Source: Paramecium tetraurelia
Taxonomy: Eukaryota
Length of the DNA stretch: 64,000 bases
Reading direction: 5' to 3'
Assembly: GCA_000165425.1 (NCBI GenBank)
Contig: CT868011.1
Coordinates: 62,001-126,000, forward strand
Positions 32,659 to 46,246 of this stretch are shown here, one piece after another. The notes under the pieces were generated by a model, which saw only the letters and a program-made list of their open reading frames with translations, did not search any database and was not told where the DNA came from. Each line of letters opens with the position of its first letter. Position 1 is the first letter of the stretch. The position numbers and the translations under genes are program-made.

Positions 32659-35106
32659 ATGTCCTCTAATATTTTTTAGAATATATGTCGAATTCACAAC
32701 AGTGAAGTAATTGCTATTAAATTGTCTGGCAATAAGTAACTAGATGATTATCTAATGTGTGTCTATTGCTTAACTGGAAATGTTCAATAATCTGTTGTAC
32801 CAATAAATGAGATCTAAAAGTTGTATGAAACTAAATCTACAATTATTAAATAGTTGGAAATGGAAAAGCACTAATTAATGAAGACATCTCTTGGCAAGTT
32901 AATGGATACCTTAACTCAGTTGAAAAACGATTTAAATGTTGAGTTGGATAGAGGAATCCGATTGATCGATAACCAATTGCAGATAGAAAATCAAAAATCT
33001 CATTGTGAGCATAATGCTCCTCAAGATAGTGAAAAGACATTAACTGATTATATTTAACTCGTAGTTAACAGTGAATTTAGTTACTGTTAATAAGAAAGAA
33101 AAGAGGATTAATTTAATTGGATGTAATCACTATCCTAAGAGTTAAAGAGATTCAACAAAGTATCAGAAGTTTAATACTGCTATTTCATATTGGAAGATCT
33201 CAAAAAATAATATTTAATAAAAGATCAGAATATTAAGTCTTAAAATTAGATTCAACAATTTTACTAGTCGATTTCTCCTCAATAATAAAATGAGAGGACT
33301 CCTAAATTAGATTTTAATTGCAAGATTCACGGCAAAGAAATTATAATGTTTGATTTGAGTCCAGAATCAGAGAAGAATAGACGATTATGCTGTGTGGAAT
33401 GCATGCCATCTCAATATGTTTCATTAAATAAGGCATAGGAAAAATGGTAATAGTTTGAAGCCAAAAAATGTAACTATTTCTAATAATAAATGTTTGATAA
33501 AGAATAGCAATATGAATAAGTCTTAGAATAAATCATTAAGATTGAATATTAAATTATCGAATAGGTAAAGGATCTGAGAGTAAATTTCGAATAGAACCTA
33601 TTGATGATGAAATAAAAAAATGCTTTAAATCTCAATTTAATTAATTAAGGTTTTTAAAATCTAAATTAGACTGAATTAATGGAAAGAGCGGAAATTTTAA
33701 GTAAATCCGAAGAAATTTAATAAAGAATAATATTTTAAGAATATTAGGAAATCTAAGATTCTGTTCTGCGTTAGTTGAAAGAATAGATATAATAATTATA
33801 TCATTATTAATAAAATTTATATGATAATCTAAGATCTACATTATGTAATTCTCAAGAAATAAGCAAAGCAACAAGTTAATCAGATTAATAAAATAATATC
33901 AATAACATACAGTATTTTATTACGGAAAATCGAGAAAATTCTTATAGTAATTAAATGGAATTTTGTACTCAAAGATCTCAAGAATCTCTAGAGTGGAAAA
34001 ATGGCAATGAAAACTAATTCAATAATCTCAATTAATAGAAATTACATGTCATAAATGAAAATCGTTAGACTAGAAGCGCCTCCGCTTAGGTAAAATCTAA
34101 AATGAAGGAGAGTGACAAATAAATAATAGAAGAACAGCAAATAGAATTTTAAAATGAAAATAATTATGAGTTAATTGATAAATTTCCTGAAGAAAAAAGT
34201 TGTCATGCAATCTCATTTAATTATGATAACCAATTAATGATTAGCGGTTGCTAAAATGACATAACTGTTTGGGAAATCAAAAACGAAAAAATAACCAAAA
34301 AATAGCAATTAGAAGGCCATACCAATTTGGTGATATCTTTGTTTTTCAGTTTTAATAAAAATGAGTTCATATCTGGTAGTACGGATAAATCGATTAGATA
34401 TTGGTAAGTTATGGAGAATGAATGGGTTTGTGCATAAGTTTTATTAGGCCATAAAAGATAAATTGATTGTTTATTATTAGATAATAAAGGTAACTAAATT
34501 ATATCATGCAGTTGTGATAAATCAATTAGAATTTGGAGAAAAAATGAATAAATAAAATGGATATAAGTTCAAGTGCTAACAAATCATTAAGCCTATGTTC
34601 GATGTATTAGCTTCAGCAAGTCGTAGGAATAGTTTGTATCTTGTGGAGAAGATAAGATGATTATAATTTGGGAAATTGATGAATTCAAAGAATGGAAATT
34701 GAAATAAATAATTAGGAATGAAGACTATGGATATAGAATATGTTTTGTTGACGATAATTTATTAATATGGTAGCCAAGAAATATAAATAAGGCTATCATC
34801 TTTTAGTTGGACAGCAACTTGAATTAATTTAACTAGAGTAATTAAAATATTTAATTAATTTAATCAAGTAATGGATATCAAAACTTTTTCCCATCAATTT
34901 ATAATGAATAAAAATAAGTAGTAATTAATAAACATGGAAGATATGTATATGTTTTGAAAAAAGAATTTAACAATACTTTTCTGATTTCTTAGGTGATTGA
35001 AGTTGGTCATTATTGTAATTATGGTTCATTATCCCCAAATGGCGAGTATTTGGTAATATGGGACGAAGGATCGAAAAACTTTTAAATTAGAAAAGCCAAA
35101 TTCTGA
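32659..35106 (+). CDS. WD40-repeat protein with two N-terminal CxxH...CxxC motifs and coiled coils (815 aa)
   Basis: Intronless ORF; GH...SGSTDKSIRYW and GH...SCSCDKSIRIW repeats at 34170-35100; CRIH..MCVYC and CKIH..CCVEC. Confidence 0.88.
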
Positions 35107-35330
35107 TGATTTTTAATAAGATTATCATTATTAATATTTTAATTGTTCAAAAAATCAATAATATTCATTATATTGAGTAAAGAATATATTATTAATACAT
35201 TTTAAATTAATCCGTAATTGAATGATTCTAAGTGTTTTTTCTGATTTGTTTATAGAAGTTAAATCAGTATTAAATTGGCAAAGATTTATAACTTTATTCC
35301 CTATTAATAAAATTTCAAAAGTATTTCTAT

Positions 35331-35704
35331 ATGGGAACTTGCTAAGTTAGAACACAAAATATCAATAAAAATATAGATGATGAAGATTAAATCGAAACAA
35401 ACTCACAACCAAATATTTAATAATTACAACTTACACCTCTTGTCTGTAACATTGTAGGGGATTAGGATAGAATGGACGATTTATTCTTAGATTTAGAAAG
35501 ATAACCCTCTCTAAATCCTATTTAACAGACCACAAATCTGTAAGAAAATGTAAAATAAATTATTATGGTAAGTTCCTGCTCTCATCCAAGGGTTAAATTA
35601 CTCATGATCCTTAATCTTAGACTTTAGACCATGCATAGCAAACAAATAAATCACCGAAGAAATCAAAAAACTTGAATGCTAAATTTAAAGAAATGATTTA
35701 TTGA
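35331..35704 (+). CDS. Small hypothetical protein with MGTC N-acylation-like start
   Basis: ATG GGA ACT TGC start, one inferred 23-nt intron, ends FKEMIY*. Confidence 0.6.
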
Positions 35705-36471
35705 AATCCATCGATGGAAAGTACATTATATTGATTTATATTCATATTAAATACTAGAAGTAACTCAATTTACACTATTTTTCAAGTTCATTGGATTTCT
35801 CAACTTCTATTACAACATATTAAAAATATTTTAATATTTATTAAAAAATAATATCTAATTAGTTAAGTATGATCATTTAAAATACTAAATAATTACTAAT
35901 CCATAATAATCTTAAATCTCAGATAAATAGATTTCTACATTAATAAGATTTGATATTAAATCTGACTATAACTAACATTAATAATATCTTTTTACATCAA
36001 GAAAATCTTGAAATAGAAATTATAAAAAATCAGATTCAATTTTAACTATTTTTTTCTTTGGTTATATTATGAAGTGTATAATACAAAATAATGCCATATC
36101 AGAAGAATTATAAATTATAAATCTCCCCTAATATCACATTACTTTATCTTCCATCTGGATTTATTTCAATTCCAAAAGTCCTCTAATTAAGAATATGAAA
36201 TTATTAAAACATACATTTTAGACTTCTAATCCTTGAATCTTGTCCTTATTAAGGTAATTTTATTCAAAATTTCAATCCTAAAGACAAGTGTCGAATTTTC
36301 AAAAATTTCTTTCTACTCTTTCAAGATATTGCTCCTTGAATTCCACCTATTAATATCTACTTATCTTTTTGGAAGAATTCAATTTTTAAAATGTTCAAAA
36401 ATAAAAATTTAAAAATATTACAAAGTCAGAGATAAAATAATATATATTTAAAAGCTTTAAATATCTTTGAA

Positions 36472-37653
36472 TCATATTTCTTCATCAACTATTTCATAAC
36501 TTCCTGGTCCTAATTCAGAATATTTCTCATCCTTAAACCTTTTTGATTTACCAAAACTTGAATTTATGTTACTTTTTTTAATATATTCAGATTAACAAAG
36601 AAAATCTTTAATTTCATAACTACCAGGTCCTAATGGGTTATTGGAGTTGGATTTTTTCTCCGAATTTGACTTTTATAGGTTTTCATTTTTCTTGTCAACC
36701 TGGTCAATCTAAATGAAATCTTTAATCTAATAGCTTCCAGGACCTGGAGGATTAAATTTTACATGAAGGCTCCTTCTGATTGTTTCCATCTTCCTTCTTC
36801 TTGCTGCTTGTTTGATTTACATTGCTGATTTCGGTCTCTTTTGCCTTTCTGATTGTTCTTTGGTTTCTTTTTATTTCTCTAATTCTTAGATGTATTTATC
36901 CTCTTTCCTATTGTAAAAAGATCTTACCATGACTTTAGGCTTAAGGAGTCTTTCAATTCTATCTATTTTTTTTCTATTTACTTTATAATCAATTTTATAG
37001 GCCCCAGGTCCTGGAGTTATAAAGTGAGAATTAGGCTGTGATTGATAGCTTGCAGTCCCAATAGAGATGCTTCTGCAAGACTTTTAGTTTAACTCATAGG
37101 TGCCAGGACCTGGGGATTGCTGATGGTATTCACTATTTTGTCTTGAATTGAAAACAAATGTTTTTGATTTTATTTTCTATATAATATTGTATTATCCAGG
37201 TCCAGGATTTTAGAATTTTTCTAACTATTTTCTATGACTTTTAGAAAAGGTAGCGCAAGGACGATTTTGTTGTAAGTGAGCTGGAAATTAAATTTCGTAA
37301 GAACCAGGGCCTACACTCTTTTTTGATCGTTAAGAATTTTATCTATAAAAGGTGTATGAATTAGAGGTTTCAGGAAGAGACCAGACTTGTTCTTAAGAGT
37401 TGATTCTTATTCTCTTATTTGAATATGGTTTATTTGTCATTGCTGACCTATTTGACTATGCAGTCAATCTCAAATCATTAAAGAACTTATTGACATATGG
37501 CTAACTGGAAGCCACTCTAATATGATGATCAATTTTGACTACATTTAAGCAACTGGAAGAATCTCATCTCCAAAGTGAGCAGCTAACATTAAAATTATTG
37601 TTTCTTAGTTATAATGTTAATTAATTTATTTGTAGTAATTTTCTTGAGTTCAT
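36472..37653 (-). CDS. PGPG-repeat (SHIPPO/ODF3/STPG-like) ciliary microtubule-associated protein
   Basis: Seven (P/L/V)GPG(S/Q/T/A)Y repeats. Start uncertain: ATG 37653 is followed by an in-frame TGA; the alternative is ATG 37440. Confidence 0.8.
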
Positions 37654-37900
37654 TTATTTTAGATTTGATTAATTCACCAAATTTATTGGGTTTTCTATAG
37701 TTTAATTATCAAATTTAAAGGGCTTTTCAATAAAGTAGCTATTTCAATGTGATAAGTATGATATTTTGGCTGTCAATAATTTCTTACTATAACTTCATAT
37801 TGATTTATAATTTATATTTATAAATACGACCTATGGAGGTTTCAATTAGTTTGTTTTATAGAATTTCATTGAGATTAATAAAAATTAAAATTCGAAAAAT

Positions 37901-40900
37901 ATGTAAAATGATCAATAATAAAACCAGAAAAATTACCGATCCTAACAATTATATGATTCTACATAAAGTTCCAACCCCAAAAAAAATAAAATCAAAATTC
38001 TCAATTCGACTTCAATGGATGTTGAATAATCTTTTTATAATTTTTAGTTTCATTAAGAGTCATAGGAAGTTAGAAAAAATGATTAGATGAATTAACAATT
38101 GCCATATTAGTATCCCTAATAATAAAAATAATACGGATAGCAATAGAATGATGTAAGGAATTCTTAAAATGAGTTTTACTAATAATCGAATAATTTTTCT
38201 AATTAATAGTAGTAATATTTTCCGCCATATTATTAGAATTAATAACAATACTACTCTAATTAAGTATAATAATAGTTATATTAATAATAATAATAGTAAT
38301 AACAATATCAAGGCTAATAAAGGATAAATAGTTTAGAATTTTCATAATAGTAATGCTAAACTAAATTTTAATAAAATACATAAAGTAATAGTAATTGGTA
38401 TAATTAATAAAATAGCTCTTCTAATTTTGTAGAAATTTCATAAAATAATCCAACAACTATTAATTCTTAATAAATTTTTTAAATCCCTCAAGTACCTATT
38501 TAAGTTACGACCTGTCTACCAAAATTGAAATAAGATGATTAGAATAAACACTCATGTCATTAGTTAATTGACTATTTTTTTTCGCTTGCAGACATCGAAA
38601 TAAAAGTTACAAATATTGATAGGTCAGTTTTAGCTTATTTTGACGAAATTAAAAATAATTTGGGCGATTTAAACTTAAACATCTAATATCCTACAATAGA
38701 TTAAACGCAGTACCTTAATGAGAATCTTATTTATTAAGTTTATGAACAGCCAGAAAACAATATTTCAAGATAAGAAAAAATGACTATTTTACTAAGCCAA
38801 GTAATTGAGAAATTTTTTATTGAAGCTGAAAAGCAATAAGTAAAAATTAAGATTCACGAATAAAAATGTCAATATAAAATAGACTCATAATAACAAATGG
38901 TAGCAACTAAGTTTTATCAAAATTTTAAAACATCTTGGGACAGCTATGTTGTTTTGATTGCATCACTTAAATCTGAATTCGAAGCAAAATAAAAATTTAA
39001 ATTATTAAAAAAACCAAGAATGCATGAATTATTTTGCAAAGCTCTTGATGTAAGAGAACCAATTATGTTTTTGGCCTCTGACATTAACCTAGCTTTTTTT
39101 CAAAAGAATCAAATATTTTTAACAAATGCTATGGACATTAAAAGATAAGTTAATTCAATAATAGTAATAAACTATGTATATGATGTTAACTTGAAAATTC
39201 ATGAGCTATAGTAAAAACTTGATGACTTTTTCTAGAATCCCTAGATCATGAAGAATGTCAAAGAGACTTTTGATATTGATTGTTCTATACCAAAGGATGT
39301 GGATGAGATAGATAGAAGCATAAGAAAGCTGAAAGAATAAGAAGAATAATTTGAAATTATAGTTACAAACCCAATATCAAATGCTCAAAATAAAGGAAAG
39401 TATTTAGTAGAGGCTGAGATGCAACTATGGATAGAGGGCGATCAAACAGAATATGTTATTATGTAGAAACTGTAAGCCGTAAAAAAGTAATTGTATGAAA
39501 TCTACAATCCCAATTTAATTATAAAGGTAACAGAATAGGATAAAATAAAATTGTGGAACTAATTTTTAGGCTAAGAATTTGAAAAACAACATAATTTAAA
39601 AGAATGCATAACGAAGTAGAATAATATTGAATTGACCATAGAATTAAATGGAAGATAAAATGCTATTTTGGAAAAGTAACAGAAAATTTTACAATATTTA
39701 GAGCAATTTAAATGTATTATATTATATTGCTAATGTGACAAAGAAGTAGCTCTTGTATTACAGAGTAAGGAATTTTAATTTCAAAGATTATTAGTTAGTA
39801 CATTAATAGAAATTGCTTAAGAATTTGGACAATGTTTGATTAAAATGATCGAAGTTAATTAAAAATTATAATTGGTAGTTGAAGTTTATTACAATCAAAT
39901 TTAATACAAGCAAATTGTTGTTAGCCAAAAAATTTAAACCTTTTTTGAAAATTTGGAATATTAATATGTTGAATTTGACTTCAAAGAATTTTTAAATTTT
40001 ATAGAGATGAAAGAGATTTCATTTTAGGAGACATTCCAAGTTGTAGTATCAAAGTTTGGTTAATAACCAGGAACTTGGATTGTTGGAAAAAGAGAGAGTT
40101 TAGAAGAAGTAAGTAGCTTTTTGTTTTAGTTTAATTAATCAAAACAAGAAGATTATGTTTCTGATTCCATTGATTGTGATAATAAGCTGGTTTTTAATAA
40201 GCTAAAATAATTATAATCACAGTAGGCAAATCTTAATGCTGGTGATCGTAATGTAATAATTAGTTTTCCTTAGGAAAACAAGATTATGATTTAAGCACCT
40301 GAAAAATTGATTAAATAAGCAAAAGATAAATTTGATAAGTAAATTAGGGAACTAAAAAGTTAAGTTAAAACTAAAATTTGTGATTTTTCTGACAAAGAAA
40401 TCAAATTCATAGACAAAAATTTTTAAGCATAATTGGAATAATTAAAAAAGAATAATGAAATACAACTTTTTAAGACATCTCAAGTTCAAGTATAAGAAAT
40501 ATAAAATAGCTCCATAGCATGTACATTGCTATATAAAAATAAAAGTATACAGATAATTTATGCTGATATATCTAAAATTCAATGTGATGCAATAGTAAAT
40601 TCTTGTAATAGTAAAATGTCTTTTGGTGATCATTTACAATTGAGTGGTGTTGCCTAAAGTATTTTCGAAATGGGAGGGACTTAATTTTAATCATTTTGTT
40701 CTGATTACATAAAAAAGTATAAGGAATTATAATAAGGAGTTGTGTGCACATACAAAATGCCTGCCCAAAGATAAATAAAGTATATATTGAACGTAGCTAC
40801 TCCTATTTATTCTAAAGGTGATTAAACAGATGATGACTTGAAAAAGATTGAAGAGAACATCAAAGCATTATTCAAAGAAATTAAGAACTTAGACATAGAA

Positions 40901-42576
40901 ACTGTAACCATTCCTATCTTCGGAGGAGGAGCATGCGGTTACAGTTTTAATTAGGCTGCAATGGTGGTGCTGAATACTACGATAAATCAATTATATGCTG
41001 AGAATAACTCAATTAAAAAAATTTACATTGCAGAGTTGACTGATGTTAAAATCGACTAATTGACTAAAATACTTAAATAGCTGTTAGAACCACCTTTAGC
41101 ATAGAGAGAAATATAATATTAATGGTAATGGTAAGATCGTAGTAAATTTAAAGATTATGATGATGAAGAGATCAACAAATAAATAGATGAAGCATATGAA
41201 CAATTTTTACTTACGGGCCAAGAGTAAAATATATTATTGAAGTTTCCATACTCTAAAAAGCCTGGAACTCACTAGATTGATTTTCAGAATAAAACTGTTA
41301 CTGATATTTCTTTATCGACAACAAAAGCTTTAATCACAAAACTGGTCTCTAATTCAAAAAAGTATTTTTTCGGTTATGAGTAGGTTGATGATTAGCTAAA
41401 TGAATACATAATGATCTAAGAATTGAGCAATGTGACCTAGTTTGATATCTTTTATAAATAACATTATGTAATAATTAAGCAAGGAGAAATGTATTAAATG
41501 AATTTAGAAACTCAATACAAGAGATAAATACAGAAAACAAAATACTAAACCAAGAAAGATCCTTCAAAATAATAATATAATTACTTAGTTGATAAATAGT
41601 ATTAGTTTTAAGTAACTCAATATCAGGTTTCGAAATTGGTTAAATAAAAAAACAATTATGGACAATTTACAGTCTAATCTTTTAATGATAATCTCAATGA
41701 AACCATTATCAAATAAATTAAATAATATTTATCAAGGGAGACAACGAAGCTAGAAATTTATATTCCTAATTTACAAGAGGATGAAATTGAAAATATCTAA
41801 AACTAAATTTAAAAGACTGCTCTATCTAGTGAAGGGAAATTCCTTTCGGGAAATAAAGTTATAATAGAGTTTTTTAAAAAAAAATATAGTCAAATTTGTT
41901 AAATTATTGAGTAATTTAAAAGTAGAGGAAAATCGTATCCTAAAGAATGGATCCCTTAAAATGAAAATTATTTGAAAGTAGCTTTAAAATCCGATTCTGA
42001 AGAGTTCAAAAATATTTCAACTATGTTTAAGAAAACTGATAGTGGAACCATTTATGAGATATATAGAATTTAAAATAAATCATTATGGGATAATTACATT
42101 AGTGAAAAAAATAAATTGATTTAAATATATTAATAGAATGGGGTTATCTTGAGTTAAATCGAAACTGAAAGGTACTTATGGCATGGAGTAAGAACAAAGC
42201 ACCCTAAAATTATCTATTCCGGTTTGAAGGAAGCATTTGATTACTCCTACAGTGATGTAAATATAAATTAGGAAAATTATAGGTTGGCTTATGGGGAGTT
42301 GGTATCTATTTTGCTGAAAAGGCTAGCTATTCTCGACATTATTCCTACAAATTACAAAAGGCTGATTAATAAGGAGAAGGTAGGCAAGTATTTTTATGCT
42401 GTTTGATAACAACTGGTAAAGTTTCGACAATGCCATAAGATAAAAATATCAAAAGACCACCTTAAGGGTATGATTGTGTGTCAGGTTTATCTAATGAAGG
42501 TAATAGTAATATATTTGTTCTTTACTCAATGGATGTAAGAAGAGCATATCCAGCTTATGAGATTATCTTTTCTTGA
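37901..42576 (+). CDS. Macro-WWE-WWE-PARP protein (PARP14-like mono-ADP-ribosyltransferase), about 1550 aa
   Basis: Macro: IIYADISKIQCDAIVNSCN...SGVAQSI...VTIPIFGGGACGY (40550-41040). WWE: YQWQWQD..FKDYD (41115-41530). ART: RIQNKSLW...YLWHGVR...GLWGVGIYFAEKASYSRHY...GYDCV...NIFVLY...AYPAYEIIF. One intron near 42257-42282. Confidence 0.92.
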
Positions 42577-43056
42577 TTTATGAAAATGATATAATCTATT
42601 ATTAAATAACCTTATGAAATGATACTATAAAATTGTTAAAAAAATTAATGAAAATAATATTCTAAATAAATCTTTATTCCAAAACAAACAGAGCTTAAAG
42701 GTTTGTAGCAGTTTTAAGAAAAGCGTTTTAAAGGAGTATGTAAATCATAATTAGCTAATTAAAATTCTATGAAAATATATAATTAATGATTTATTTGGTT
42801 TTAGTAATTTTATAAAAAATTATATAATTTCTTCTATTTAAAGAATGGAGCTATAATTTATTACAATTGAATTTTATATTGAGTTGGGTTGGATGTAATT
42901 TCGTCAAGTTTTTAAGCAAATATAAAAAATCTTCGATATTTAACAGTTATACAATTATATCTGTAGCAGTTTAAGTATTTCATTATCGGGTTGTCTTGTT
43001 TGCTTGGATACTTGATATTAGTTTTGTAATCCAAAAAATAATAAGAGATTTTATTA

Positions 43057-46000
43057 ATGGAAATAAATAAAGTTCAAAATAAAGCAAAATATGAGTCATT
43101 TGATTATGGGTAATATGAGAAGTTAAGAAAACTGTTTCACGATCCTAGTTTTGAACCAATTTAAGTAGAGGAATTGGATCTGTCAAATGAGAAGGCTACT
43201 CAAATGCCAAATGTATTATGTTTACAACTGCTCACACATCTTAAGGTTTTAGTGTTGAATGGGAATCAGATTCAGAGGTTTCCTGGAAAATTGGTTGCAA
43301 AAGAGTTACAGTCGCTGACGATTTTGGATCTCTCCAACAATCTAATTGAAGAATTGGATGATATTGCAGATATGAACTTGCCAAATCTGTCAGTTTTGGA
43401 TTATTAGGGGAATTATGTGTGTTAATATCTGCTGAGGATAACTTAAATATAGCAATTGTTATGTCCAAAGAGATATGTGAAATACAATCCAGTTAAAGTA
43501 TTTACAGCATCATATAATCAACTTCCAGTCTGTAGGTTGACAGAAGCCTAGTATTAGGAGGAAAAGAAGTGCTTGAGATCAATATAGAGAGCACCTGAAG
43601 AGTTCAAACCTGAGGAATTGATGAATACGGTGTCGAAGTTTTCACATAAAAATACTTTGGGGAAGTTTTGTTTAGAGATGTGTCCAGTTCCAAGGAAGAC
43701 AAGATTCAAGAACTTAGAATATTTGAATGGTACTTAGATAACGAAGATGGATATCATGAGAGTGACAGGAGTTGATAATTATAAGTTGGCATTGGAAGTG
43801 GAGAATTCTGAAACTAAGAAGTATAAACATGCTAAGAAATCCAAATTGCATAATGAATACATTTAGAAGTACATAAAAAGAGTTCAAAGATTATTGGAAG
43901 AGAAGCCATCTAATGATCCAGATGAGATTTTGAAGGCAAAGAAAGTAAAGAAATTGGATTAAAAGAAATTTTCTGTTTGGGAAACTCCATTGGATGTATA
44001 GTACAAGGATTCAGAGTTCACAATAGGGATTGAAGAATTTAAGTAGTAGAAGAAGGAATTTGAGGAATAAAAAAAGCAGAAATTGGAGAGGAGACATAAA
44101 AAATAAATAGAAAGGATAAAAAAGAAGCATCCTTCATTTGAGGAAAGTGAGAGCGATCATGAAATCAGAAGGATGTATTTGACTACTAAAGTAAAACCTA
44201 AAATGAATTTAAGCAGAGATGAGGATAGAATATACAGATCTTCAGAAAGTTCTTTGAGTGAAGGAGACAGTCCTCAAGAAAGATCAAGTACGAGTCAAGA
44301 GAGTGTGGAAATGAAAGGACCTAAATCAGTGGCTAAAGTAGAAGCCAAGCCTATTAGTTACTATAGGAAAAAGACGAAGGAAGAAAATAAGAGCAAGGAA
44401 GTAGTTCAACAACGAAAAGTACAGCAGTAGAACAGACAACAGAGAATAGAAGTGATGGATAATGAGAATAGTGAAAGTGATAAGGAGACTCCAACAAGAC
44501 AAGTCAAGAAATCATCAACACAATAGTTGTTAAAGAGTCATCATAAATAACAAACCTATTCTCCAGTTGCTGTTCCTTAATAGGCAATACCTGCCTAAAA
44601 GATTATAACCAAGATGCTGCATGATGAAAATAGAAATACTTTTGATCTCAGTAATAAACTGAGTGCTCAGCATCCTGTTGTACGAGAAGGAGAGTATAAG
44701 GAGTAGCAGTTCTAGAGAATGTTGAAGGTCAAGGAGTCTGTTTAGAAGGAAAGATAAGAATTAGAGCAAATACGGAAACCAGTAACTGCTCAACCACAGG
44801 TAAGGTAGAAGGTTAATCGTGTGATTGTGGATGGTTAGAAGAAGAAGGCTTTGCCTACTCCATAAAGAGAGTTGGTGAAATTGCATGGGGATTTAGACAA
44901 GGCAGAGTTCCAAAGGATTCAAATCCCGTTGGAGGAGATGATTCCAACAGAAGAACAAGGAGTTCCTGAGAGGTTCAGACAGGAATTTCTATATAATGTC
45001 GATAGTGAGACTTATAAGGAATTGCTGCATTACAAGGGTATCTTAGAGGAGAGTTTGAATCTCAAGGAGGCTTGGAAAGAGATGGATGCGAAGTTAGAAA
45101 TTCTGGGAGCCACTAAACCAGATAAGGAATTGAGGTTTAAGGCAAATGATTACAATGCTGTGCATACATATTTGAAGGCTAAATATAAGGACAAGATTAG
45201 TCCTTATGAGATGAGAGAAATCATATATGGAGCTAATGATTATGACTTGTAGTCAGAACCCAGGATCTAGGAGAAGGATATCATGAAAAGGTTGGAACAA
45301 GAAGACGTTACTTAGGAGGAGAGACAAGTATTATACAAATGGATTGAAATTTTGGATGACATCAGATTGAAATAGACTAAAACTGATGATAAGAGATTGA
45401 GGAGAATTGAAATCAAAGAAATTGAGAGAGCATAATCGTTTGCACATCTGTAAATCAAATAATGTATTTAATTAGTGCCTATCATTATTAAAAGTTAAAG
45501 AAGTATGTGTCTGCAGATAAACTTTAGAAGTATGTAAAAATGATGGGAATACCCTTAAATGAGATTTTGAACCAAGATAATTAAAAGCTGAAGACAGGGC
45601 AAAAGAAGAAGACGGAATATGTTAACAGATAGAATTACTAGTAGACGAAAGTTCAGGCTCAGAAGAAGGAAAAGGAACAGAAGGATTTGGCAAAACAGAT
45701 GCTGTAAATTGAGGAGGACAAGGCTTAGATGTTGAAGGAATATGAGGAAATCAATCAGCAACGATACAGCAATATTAAGGCTGAGATAATGAGTGACAAT
45801 GGTAATTTGGCTACCAATGATCCTTATTATCTGAAATGTCTTAACAAATTGGAATAGGATAAGGTGGATGTGCTCAACAAAGTGGCCAAATACAATATTC
45901 CATTTGAAAACATGGTGGAGTAGAATCTAAGAAAATTGCAGGACCAATTCATTACTACTTAAGGTCCAACTGACTTGGAGGAATAAATGATGAAGTATTG

Positions 46001-46227
46001 ATTCAATAGTAACTATTAGGTATGCTTCTGAGTTCAAGGAGAAGATCAAATAAAGAGAACGATTGCAGTAGAACATCAACAAACATATAAGTGAAACTCA
46101 GAAGAAATTGGATGAATTTTGGATGTGGGAAGCCAAGGAAAGAGAATTGAGAGATGACAAGGTGGCTAGTTTGATGAGACAAATAAAGAGACTAGAATTG
46201 GATGATTAATAAACTATATAATTCTGA
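43057..46227 (+). CDS. N-terminal leucine-rich-repeat protein with long charged C-terminal region
   Basis: LKVLVLNGNQI, LTILDLSNNLI, LSVLDYQGN, LEYLNG cap; K/E-rich tail; at least two tiny introns near 45450 and 46020. Confidence 0.8.
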
Positions 46228-46246
46228 TTAGAGTCCATCAATTCAA

